Both the position numbers and the translations under genes were made by a program. 28,557 nt of DNA, from the NCBI GenBank assembly GCA_034190465.1, contig JAXINV010000036.1, forward strand, positions 1-28,557, read 5' to 3'. Position 1 is the stretch's first letter. The number at the start of each line of letters is the position of its first letter. Positions 18,282-25,399 of this stretch are shown here, one piece after another. Under the pieces are notes generated by a model. It was not told the DNA's origin. It did no database searches and saw nothing but the letters and a program-made list of their open reading frames with translations. The DNA is from Candidatus Asbonarchaeum danakilense. Its GTDB lineage: Archaea; Nanohalarchaeota; Nanosalinia; Nanosalinales; Nanoanaerosalinaceae.

Positions 18282-18899
18282 TTAATACGTCTTTTCCTCG
18301 ATGATGTTCTGGATGCCGTCGAGGTGCCCGGCACCGACGAAGGCAAGGACGTCGCCGAACTCTTTCTCAAGTTCTATCAGCCGCGCTGCCATGACCTTGT
18401 TCCGCTCGGCGAGCAGGACGCGGTACAGGCCGGGGAAGGAGACCTGGAGTCGGGTGGTGAGCTCGCGGATGGTGTCGCGGTCGGGAACGCTGTCGATATC
18501 GATGCCGCTGCCGGGGAGGAACATGCCGATGAGGAGGAAGCCGGCGAGTTTGAACTTCTCTAGGACGCTGATCTGCTGCAGCCGCTGGACGGTGACGGCG
18601 ATGTCCTGGTCGATGAGTGCTACGGGCAGGCCGCGCCGCTCCGCCTCTGCGGCGGCTGTCAGCAGTTCCTGGCCAGGGGTGATGCCGGTCCGCTCGCTAA
18701 GGTGCTGCTGGATGTACTGGATGAGGGAGATGAGCGGGTTCCTGAGGCTGTAGTCGGCTTGGCGCTGCTGTTGCAGTGCCTGGAACCTGCGCGGGTCAAG
18801 TTCGACGGCGACGATGGCGGGGTTGTAGTCGTCGATGCTGGAGGCAACGTCGTCGACGCTCTCCTGGGAGATGTGCGATGTGCCGATGAGTCGTATCAT
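18282..18899 (-). CDS. TraB/PrgY (Tiki) family protein
   Basis: IGTSH, VAVELD..R, PGQE, IDQDI, ERN..MA and VGAGH..GI motifs. Confidence 0.88.
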   Translation of the reverse strand: MIRLIGTSHISQESVDDVASSIDDYNPAIVAVELDPRRFQALQQQRQADYSLRNPLISLIQYIQQHLSERTGITPGQELLTAAAEAERRGLPVALIDQDIAVTVQRLQQISVLEKFKLAGFLLIGMFLPGSGIDIDSVPDRDTIRELTTRLQVSFPGLYRVLLAERNKVMAARLIELEKEFGDVLAFVGAGHLDGIQNIIEEKTY

Positions 18900-18920
18900 G
18901 GTACGGAGGATGAACAGTAG

Positions 18921-19185
18921 TGGGAACGCCGCGGATGGGACGTGCTGAAGGTGCAGGGGACCGGTGGCCGCTCTCCCTGCTGCGACCCCCTGAACGCAGG
19001 TCCTACGGCTTAGGGCTGCTCCGGTCAGGGTCTGACCCGGTTCACCGCAGTACCTGCCCCAGGGGACAGCAGATCGACGATTGGCCGCCGGGCTGCAGTC
19101 TCCAGCAGCGTCCTCTCCGTCGGCTTCGACCCCGCTGTTGAGGGCTTGCGGTGACAGGGGGCCCCAAGTCCCCCGGTCTATCCCG
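18921..19185 (-). ncRNA. ffs: SRP RNA (7S), ~265 nt, apparently without helix 6
   Basis: Minus strand begins GGGATAGACCGGGGGACTTGGGGCCCCCTGTCACCGCAAGCCCTCAA (archaeal Alu domain); helix 8 GGGTCAGACC...GGAGCAGCCC preceded by GGTGAACC; 3' end GTTCCCA pairs with the 5' end; TATA upstream. Confidence 0.9.
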
Positions 19186-19207
19186 TTGGAAGAGTATGCG
19201 GCAAGCC

Positions 19208-19216
19208 TTTTTAAAA
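19208..19216 (-). promoter_or_regulatory. TATA box of SRP RNA gene
   Basis: TTTTAAAAA on the minus strand ~23-31 nt upstream of the RNA 5' end. Confidence 0.7.
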
Positions 19217-19235
19217 CTGCGACAGTTCCCGTGTC

Positions 19236-19847
19236 TCAGTTTCTGACGGGGGCGGAGGTATTCGTCCGGTAGACCTCGAGTTCGACGTGGTTCGGGACGG
19301 TGAAGGGATTGTAGATGCCGACGGTGAACCTGGTGAGGTTCTCAGGGCTGATGGTGATGTTGCCGCCCGGATCCGTGACCCTGACGAGGTAATCAGCATC
19401 TGTCTGGTTCCGCGTGGCGTTGAGGAATTCTTCGGTCCGCCACAGGGAGATCTCGACGGCGTGATCGGCCTTCCAAGAGATGGTAAAGTTCTTTTGGGCG
19501 GTGAAATTGTAATAGCCGAACCGCCGTGGTGGGACGTTGTTGTCGCTGTAGACGTAGTAGGCACGGCCTTCGATGGGACCGGTGTCGTCATTGAGAAGGA
19601 GGAACCCGCCGGCGCCCAGGAGGATGGCGATGCTGAGCGTAAGGCCGATCCACTGCCAGGGAAGCCTCTTCAGGTCGTAGATGGTGGGTTTGTTCCGCGT
19701 GTAGTAGACGAGGATAACAGTGAGGCCCCCGCTGCCGATCATCGCTGGCGTGGAGGTGATGTTGAGGAGGGAGAGGAGAGAGTACCCGAAAAAGATGCCG
19801 ACGACGAGACTTGCGAGGTAGACGCCACCGGATCGCAGCCAGCCCAT
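19236..19847 (-). CDS. Hypothetical membrane protein (3 TM plus extracellular beta domain)
   Basis: Three hydrophobic helices, then a beta-rich domain with several NxT/S sequons; shares the AT-rich box at 19881-19888. Confidence 0.65.
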   Translation of the reverse strand: MGWLRSGGVYLASLVVGIFFGYSLLSLLNITSTPAMIGSGGLTVILVYYTRNKPTIYDLKRLPWQWIGLTLSIAILLGAGGFLLLNDDTGPIEGRAYYVYSDNNVPPRRFGYYNFTAQKNFTISWKADHAVEISLWRTEEFLNATRNQTDADYLVRVTDPGGNITISPENLTRFTVGIYNPFTVPNHVELEVYRTNTSAPVRN

Positions 19848-19910
19848 GTTGGTTGCCCCGCTCCCTGATTCCCGTGCATGTTTAATAATCTGCCGCGTGC
19901 ATGGGGAGCT

Positions 19911-20090
19911 ATGCAGGACGACTGCGCTGTCTGTGGGAAGAATCTCTCGAAGTCGGGCGACCCGATCGTGTACCAGAACGATGATGAGCCCAAGTACGTC
20001 TGCTCGCCGGGCTGCGGACGGACGCTCCGTCTTGTGGAGTCGCTTGAACAGGTGGTGGATGCGCTTGAACGGGAAGATACCTCTGACTAG
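19911..20090 (+). CDS. Small Zn-finger (TRASH-like) protein
   Basis: MQDDCAVCGK...YVCSPGC; TTTAATAA at 19881-19888 upstream. Confidence 0.65.
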   Translation: MQDDCAVCGKNLSKSGDPIVYQNDDEPKYVCSPGCGRTLRLVESLEQVVDALEREDTSD

Positions 20091-20275
20091 CTCTCAAGCA
20101 GGTCAACGATCTTCTGGTGACAGTCGCTGCACAGTTGGACCTGAATACCTTGGACGTCGTGGAAGTCGATGTCGCCGGGCAGGCCGCAGTTGTCGCAGAA
20201 TGTGTCGTAGTCCTTCGCTGAGAGGACGGTCGCGATTTTCTCTTCCAACCGTCGTGGCATGTCCCCGAGTCCCAT
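20087..20275 (-). CDS. Small Zn-finger protein (CxxC...CxxC)
   Basis: CDNCG...LCSDC; TATAAA at ~20301-20306, 25 nt upstream of ATG 20275. Confidence 0.6.
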   Translation of the reverse strand: MGLGDMPRRLEEKIATVLSAKDYDTFCDNCGLPGDIDFHDVQGIQVQLCSDCHQKIVDLLES

Positions 20276-20347
20276 ACAGGGTTGTGTCGCACTGCCAGCA
20301 TTTATATCTTCGATCATTTTTTAAGCGTCGCCGGTGAAGCTGCAAGC

Positions 20348-20935
20348 ATGGAACCGGAACGGTTCTATACGGAGATCGCAGCGGCCTATGATGCGGACAA
20401 CAGCTGGGAGCAGCTGCCGGACAGCTACATCGATGTCGTGGAGCGTTTCACCGATGCTGTCAAGGAGGGTGCGGTCCTCGATGCTGGCTGCGGACCGGGC
20501 CGTGATACGGAGTATTTCGAGGACGAGGGCTTCGATGCGACCGGCGTGGATCTGGCCGCGGGGATGGTGGAGTACGCGGACGAACACCGTGAGGGGGAGT
20601 ACCTGCGCGGGGATCTCCGCGAGCTCCCGTTCGACGACCGAGCGTTCGACGGTGTCTGGTGCAATGCGGCGGTGTTCTTGCTGCCCTGGGAGGAGATGCA
20701 AGGGGCGGTGGACGAGCTGTACCGGGTGACGGACGACGGCGGGGCGGCCCAGATCAGTTTCAAGCTGGGTGAGGGGGAGCTCCAGAAGCAGCGGGACGAC
20801 AACGAGGTAACGCAGTACCTGGTGACGGACGAAGGAGTCCGTTCGATGCTTGAAGAGGCAGGCTACGAGGTTGTGGACGCGGAACACCACGAGCTACCCG
20901 GGTTCGCGTTCGGCAACTACTTCGTGGAGCGGTGA
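20348..20935 (+). CDS. Class I SAM-dependent methyltransferase
   Basis: VLDAGCGPG, GVDLA..M, GDLRELPF...FDGVW motifs; TTTTTAAG upstream. Confidence 0.88.
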   Translation: MEPERFYTEIAAAYDADNSWEQLPDSYIDVVERFTDAVKEGAVLDAGCGPGRDTEYFEDEGFDATGVDLAAGMVEYADEHREGEYLRGDLRELPFDDRAFDGVWCNAAVFLLPWEEMQGAVDELYRVTDDGGAAQISFKLGEGELQKQRDDNEVTQYLVTDEGVRSMLEEAGYEVVDAEHHELPGFAFGNYFVER

Positions 20936-21007
20936 CAGCTATGTCGATGCTGAAGATCTGCTGGCCGGATGCGCTCACGTTGGAGCGGATGGAGGCGATG
21001 ACGTGAG

Positions 21008-21358
21008 TCATGCGATGTCTGCCTGGTCCAGCAGCTCCTGGTACGGGCTGTCGGGGATGTCGTCGAGGTCGTAGTCGAGCTCGTCGGCTGCCTGGCCGTC
21101 CATGCGGTCGAGGCTGTGGGTCTCCGGCGTGACGAGCAGGGGTGTGCCGTCGCCGTCGAAGGTGTAGCTGTCGAAGAACTCGGCAACGGCGTCGCCGGCG
21201 CTGTCGATGCTGGTGTAGAGGCCGGCGTCGTCGCCGTCGGTGACGACGTACAGTTCGATGTCCTCTTTGTCGGGGTCCTCGGCGGGGCTGAACGCGCCGA
21301 CGGTGGTCTCAACCCTGCCGACGAGGACGCGGTACTGGTCGTCCTGTTTGTCGTACAT
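21008..21358 (-). CDS. Acidic hypothetical protein
   Basis: MYDKQDD... very D/E-rich ORF; TTTATAA at 21381-21387 shared with the divergent gene. Confidence 0.65.
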   Translation of the reverse strand: MYDKQDDQYRVLVGRVETTVGAFSPAEDPDKEDIELYVVTDGDDAGLYTSIDSAGDAVAEFFDSYTFDGDGTPLLVTPETHSLDRMDGQAADELDYDLDDIPDSPYQELLDQADIA

Positions 21359-21416
21359 GCGGGACGGTTGGCTGCCAAGATTTATAATGCTGACCGGCAA
21401 GTGACAACGTGGTACG

Positions 21417-21803
21417 ATGAGGCTGCCGATCGTTGGAGACATGTTCGAGAGCGACGGGCTGGATCAGGTGTACGGCCACGGACGGACGCTGGACCAGGCC
21501 GTCGAGGCGGCGTACGACGCGCTTCCGGTGGACGGCCACGTCGAGGTCGTCGAAGGGTCGTGGACGGACCTGGCGACCCGTGAGACCTACGACCCGGACG
21601 AGCCCGACACCGCGACGGAGACGGCGGATGGCTACGGGCTGAAGGCGGTCGAACTGACGTACTGGCAGGATCCGTGCTATGATCCGGACGCCGGCAGCGG
21701 CGGATCGGAGCCGTACCACCCGCTGGATGAGCTTGAAGGTGTCGACCACCCGAACGATGGACTGTCGGGTGTCAGGCATCCGCTGGACAATTTCCCGGCC
21801 TGA
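21417..21803 (+). CDS. Acidic hypothetical protein
   Basis: D/E-rich ORF divergent from a shared TATA; start 21417 or 21441. Confidence 0.6.
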   Translation: MRLPIVGDMFESDGLDQVYGHGRTLDQAVEAAYDALPVDGHVEVVEGSWTDLATRETYDPDEPDTATETADGYGLKAVELTYWQDPCYDPDAGSGGSEPYHPLDELEGVDHPNDGLSGVRHPLDNFPA

Positions 21804-21804
21804 T

Positions 21805-21990
21805 TCATGCCTGGTTCTGCTGTCTTCGCTGGAAGAAGATGTATGCGAGGGAGAACGCTATCCCGCCGGCTGCACCGGTGATCGCCTGCCCGATCAGGTT
21901 TTCGTCGAACAGGACACCGATGAGGATGTAGATGACGACCCAGAGCACGACGATGCCGAGGCCGCGGAGCCAGGGGTTTGAACGGTCCAT
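21805..21990 (-). CDS. Small 2-TM membrane protein
   Basis: 61 aa, two hydrophobic helices; ATG 4 nt after the tRNA-Cys 3' end. Confidence 0.6.
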   Translation of the reverse strand: MDRSNPWLRGLGIVVLWVVIYILIGVLFDENLIGQAITGAAGGIAFSLAYIFFQRRQQNQA

Positions 21991-21994
21991 GGAG

Positions 21995-22065
21995 AGCCGG
22001 GACTGGGATTTGCACCCAGGTTATCCGCTCTGCAGGCGGACGCATCACTACTCTGCCATCCCGGC
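21995..22065 (-). tRNA. tRNA-Cys(GCA), no encoded CCA
   Basis: GCCGGGA/TCCCGGC acceptor stem, TCCGC-CTGCAGA-GCGGA anticodon arm, CTGGG-TGCAAAT-CCCAG T arm, U73 discriminator. Confidence 0.93.
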
Positions 22066-22177
22066 ATTGGCCGGATGGCGAGGGGAGCACCGTCAGGTGC
22101 GTCCCCGTGGAAACTCCTGTCGGAGTTTCTTTGATCGAGTGAACCGTTGCGGTTCATCGAATCTGCCATCCCGGCAT
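22052..22177. repeat. 16-bp perfect direct repeat TCTGCCATCCCGGCAT (22052-22067 and 22162-22177), matching the tRNA-Cys 5' end
   Basis: Exact duplication with 110-bp period. Confidence 0.95.
22068..22175 (-). ncRNA. Unrecognised structured RNA / pre-tRNA-Cys leader (closing stem plus three hairpins)
   Basis: GCCGGGATGGCAGA...TCGCCATCCGGC closing stem; hairpins TGAACCG/CGGTTCA, GAAACTCC-GACA-GGAGTTTC and GGGGA.GCACC-TGAC-GGTGC.TCCCC; TATA at 22203-22210. Confidence 0.65.
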
Positions 22178-22202
22178 CTGGCGTAGGGATTGGGTTACAG
22201 TC

Positions 22203-22210
22203 TTTTTAAG
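22203..22210 (-). promoter_or_regulatory. TATA box driving structured RNA plus tRNA-Cys
   Basis: CTTAAAAA on the minus strand ~28 nt upstream of 22175; no TATA near 22090. Confidence 0.6.
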
Positions 22211-22228
22211 CCACCGTCCGGAGGTACG

Positions 22229-22891
22229 TTACTCCCGGCTGCCCAGGAGCTGGAGCAGGTGGATGAAGATGACGATGAAGTCGATGTAGAGGCTGATCGC
22301 GCCGCCGACAGGACCGAACTCGTTCTTCAGAATCTTTGACATGTCGTACAGCACGAACAGCGAGAAGATGACGATGGTGCCGACGTTGATCGCGAGCTGG
22401 ATGCCGGAGGGGAACTGTCCGACGATGAACTGCAGCAGGCTGAGCCCGATCAGGCCGAACACTGCCATGATGAGGAACATACCCATCGGGCGGAAGTCTC
22501 TGTTGGTGAACCAGACCACTGCGGCCAGTCCAAGCATGATGAAGCTGGTGATGACAAGGGCCTGGCCGATGACGATCGGGTTGGCGGCCAGATAGATGGC
22601 GATCAGTGGTGAGATGAAGACGCCCTCAACCACGGCGAAGGCGATGGCGAAGACGATGTTGAACGGATAGCTCTCGCGGAACGCCCTGGCGCCGTAGATC
22701 ATCCCGATCTGGACGCCGAACAGGAGCAGCATACCGATGAGACCCATCCGCGCGACCGCCATCCAGGCGCCGGACGCGGCCATCCAGTACGTCACGACAC
22801 CGGTGATGAGGAGCATGAAGCCGAAGATCGGGAGCGTCTTCTGCAGGAACTGCTGCCGGGCCTCGGCGGGATAATTGGTCACGTCGAACAT
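22229..22891 (-). CDS. Bax inhibitor-1/YccA family membrane protein
   Basis: About 7 TM helices; FSLFVLYDMSKI and AISLYIDFIVIFIHLLQLL motifs; ATG 22891 with upstream TTTTTAA. Confidence 0.88.
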   Translation of the reverse strand: MFDVTNYPAEARQQFLQKTLPIFGFMLLITGVVTYWMAASGAWMAVARMGLIGMLLLFGVQIGMIYGARAFRESYPFNIVFAIAFAVVEGVFISPLIAIYLAANPIVIGQALVITSFIMLGLAAVVWFTNRDFRPMGMFLIMAVFGLIGLSLLQFIVGQFPSGIQLAINVGTIVIFSLFVLYDMSKILKNEFGPVGGAISLYIDFIVIFIHLLQLLGSRE

Positions 22892-22925
22892 CGCAGGGAA
22901 CAATGCCCGGTGCAACCATTAAAAA

Positions 22926-23747
22926 TTATCCGTCGAGGTCGACCTGCTGCAGCCGCATCCCGCCTGCCTTCTTCCCGATCCCGGTCTGCACGTCGATCCC
23001 GGTGATGTCGCCGAACGCGTTGCTGGTGATGGAGACCTCGAACCCACGGACCGCGTCCCAGATCCGTTTCAGGAAATTTTCAGGTTGATGATTTACCGCA
23101 AGTACGTCGCCTTTACCGGGGAAGTCATCGCCGCCCCGAACCGACGCGGCGTGGACGTTGTCAGCGCCGCGGCCGTACACTTCCTGTGCCACGGTGCCGA
23201 CGGTCTTGCCGGATGCGATGACGTCGTCGACGATCAATACGTCGTCGCCGTCGAGTTCGGCGCGTTCGTCCCAGGTCTCCGTGATGCTGACATCTTGATC
23301 GTGTCGAGAGTAGTGAGAGTACCGCATCACGACCTCGTCCGCGTCCAGGTGATCGGTCGCGACGTACAATGGAGGGATGCCGCTGCCGTAGATTCCGATG
23401 ACGGTATCGTACTCGTCTTCGTCGAACGTCTCCCGGATCTCGTCGTAGAAGTCGTCGAGTTCCTCCGATCCCGGCTCGATCCGGTAGTCGCTGTTGCTTA
23501 TCCGGCCGCCAGCCTCTTGTATCGCTTCCAAGTCGTAGTCGTCCTCGTATTCTTCCATGTCCGGCAGGTCGGCCTCGCCGTGCAGGTAATGGAGCAGCGG
23601 CCGTCCGTCGTCCTCGTAGGTCGCGACAGCGGCCTCATCTGAGGTGTCGCTGTGGTACGCCGGGTCGAGCTCGCTCTTCGCCCTGCTGAACACGGTGTTT
23701 GCCAGCCGGGCGATGTCCTCGTCGGCCAGATCAGGCGCGGTAGCCAT
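22926..23747 (-). CDS. Type I phosphoribosyltransferase-fold protein
   Basis: PRPP-binding loop VLIVDDVIASGKT; VIGIYGSGIP; acidic N-terminal extension. Confidence 0.75.
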   Translation of the reverse strand: MATAPDLADEDIARLANTVFSRAKSELDPAYHSDTSDEAAVATYEDDGRPLLHYLHGEADLPDMEEYEDDYDLEAIQEAGGRISNSDYRIEPGSEELDDFYDEIRETFDEDEYDTVIGIYGSGIPPLYVATDHLDADEVVMRYSHYSRHDQDVSITETWDERAELDGDDVLIVDDVIASGKTVGTVAQEVYGRGADNVHAASVRGGDDFPGKGDVLAVNHQPENFLKRIWDAVRGFEVSITSNAFGDITGIDVQTGIGKKAGGMRLQQVDLDG

Positions 23748-25200
23748 CGAAGTCGTCCTCCATCAGGACGTGGACGGTCTGCTCCTGTTTGCTGATCATC
23801 GGGCTGAAGCTGTAATGCGTTTTCTTGTCGTTCAGCCCGCGCAGCGCCATGGAGGTGTCCCGGTTCGGGTTGATCTCCCGGGCGTGCTTGATCCTGCCGT
23901 CCCTGGTCCCGCTGACGACGTAGTCGTGGCCGTTGTCCAGGCCCCAGCGGACCGATGCCAGCGCCTCGGCGTGGAGCACGTCGCCGTAGTTCTCGAAGTC
24001 GCAGGCGCCGTCCGGTGCACCCCCCTCTCTGCCGGGCTTGTACGGGATCTCCCAGGTGTCGACGCCGAAGACGTCTCTGCCACTGGCGTCGAGGTCGTAG
24101 TTTCGTGTCATGCCGACCCATTCATCTTCATCCCCGCGTCTGAAGCCGAGGATCGTGGTTCCATCGTCTTCGGCCCAGTCCTGGAATTCGTTGTCGTCTT
24201 CCTTATAGTTGCGCTTACATGTGCCGAGGTCGCTGTGGATGTTTGCCATGATGGACGGGTCCTGGATCTCGAAGATCTCGTAGTCGTGTTCCTCCAGTGC
24301 ATCGACCGCCGCGGCGGCGTCGAACCTGTTCGCCGCGTTGTACCGTCCTTGCAGCTCGTCCTGGAATGATTCGTCCTTGTTCTGCGCGATGCACTGGCCC
24401 TGGAACACCATGTCGTCGATAACCTCGTCGTAGAGGTCGTCCCGGTCGGCGTCCTCCTCGATACCGAGTTCGTCAAGGTAGTCCGGATCCGGCTCGTCCT
24501 GGATGACGTCCAGCCCATCTGCCACCTGCTCGGCCCGGTCGCCGTCGATCTCGTCCAGCAGGAAGTCGCCGAGGCCGGCGATCAGTTCCTCCTGGATGCT
24601 GTACGGGTCCAGGTCCTCGGTTCTGTAGACCTGTTCCACGTCGCTGGCGACCCGGTAGTCGGGCAGCACGCCGCGGAGCCCATCGTTGAGGACCTGGTCG
24701 GCGATGGCGGCAGGGTCTGTGAGGTCATTGACGTAGTGCTGCCGCCCTGCCTCGACGGCATGGTCCTGGAATTCGTTGTATGCTTCTGCTGCCGTTTCGG
24801 CGTCGTAGTGCGCCATCAGCCGTTCCTCGATGTCGATATCGTCGTACTCTTCCTGGACTGCGTCTATATCGATCTCATCCCGGACCTGGTCGGCCCTGAA
24901 CGTGTCGTAGACCTGGCCGCGGCCGATGTCACGCGCCCTGTAGAACGGTCGTGCTGCCCGGAACGGGTAGCTGCCCTCGCCGACAGCGATGAGAGCGCCG
25001 GTCGTCGTCCAGAGACCTCCGAGAAATGCAACGACCGGTTCGCCTGAACTGGCTGCAGCAGCTGTTCCTGTTCCTGCTATGACTGTCCCGCCTGCTGCGG
25101 CGTCCTCGAACTTGACCTTATCTGTTTCAACCAGCCGTTCCAGACCGTTTTCCACTTTCTGTTCGACGGTCTCGATGACCTCATCGATGCGGGAGGACAT
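23731..25200 (-). CDS. Large acidic hypothetical protein with N-terminal hydrophobic hairpin
   Basis: 489-aa D/E-rich ORF from ATG 25200; TATA-like TTAAAAA at ~25223-25229; overlaps the PRTase start. Confidence 0.75.
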   Translation of the reverse strand: MSSRIDEVIETVEQKVENGLERLVETDKVKFEDAAAGGTVIAGTGTAAAASSGEPVVAFLGGLWTTTGALIAVGEGSYPFRAARPFYRARDIGRGQVYDTFRADQVRDEIDIDAVQEEYDDIDIEERLMAHYDAETAAEAYNEFQDHAVEAGRQHYVNDLTDPAAIADQVLNDGLRGVLPDYRVASDVEQVYRTEDLDPYSIQEELIAGLGDFLLDEIDGDRAEQVADGLDVIQDEPDPDYLDELGIEEDADRDDLYDEVIDDMVFQGQCIAQNKDESFQDELQGRYNAANRFDAAAAVDALEEHDYEIFEIQDPSIMANIHSDLGTCKRNYKEDDNEFQDWAEDDGTTILGFRRGDEDEWVGMTRNYDLDASGRDVFGVDTWEIPYKPGREGGAPDGACDFENYGDVLHAEALASVRWGLDNGHDYVVSGTRDGRIKHAREINPNRDTSMALRGLNDKKTHYSFSPMISKQEQTVHVLMEDDFDGYRA

Positions 25201-25399
25201 GCTCACTGGTTCCCGACCAACATTTTTAATTGTTATCCTCGAGTGACAACAACCTCCTGCCGCACGCTTTTTAAGCCTGCCTGTCCCGTTGTGAGACAGG
25301 TCGATACAGATGGACGCCATGCGCAAGGGTGGACGTTTTTGTCCGCGACGGCTCTGAGACGATGCAAACGATGACTGATTCTGCCAGCGGTGGTGCTCG

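Noticed and set aside
20103..20345. Alternative ORF with YKCWQC suggesting a frameshifted larger Zn finger
   Set aside because: The motif overlaps the TATA box of the 20087-20275 gene and the rest of the frame is Arg-rich shadow sequence
20760..21011. ORF MTHVIASIRSNV... coupled to the 21008 gene
   Set aside because: Mostly antisense to the methyltransferase; no supporting motif
22068..22175. 5S rRNA (often precedes tRNA-Cys in haloarchaea), hammerhead ribozyme or tRNA-Sec
   Set aside because: No CCGAAC loop or 5S helix pattern; GATGA and GAAAC are present but there is no CUGAUGA core with correct stem II geometry; no UCA anticodon arm or T-loop
25325..25399. T-box riboswitch upstream of cysS (AAGGGTGGA, GGTGGTGC)
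   Set aside because: No room for stem I or a specifier loop, no ACC bulge; GGTG is also the archaeal SD
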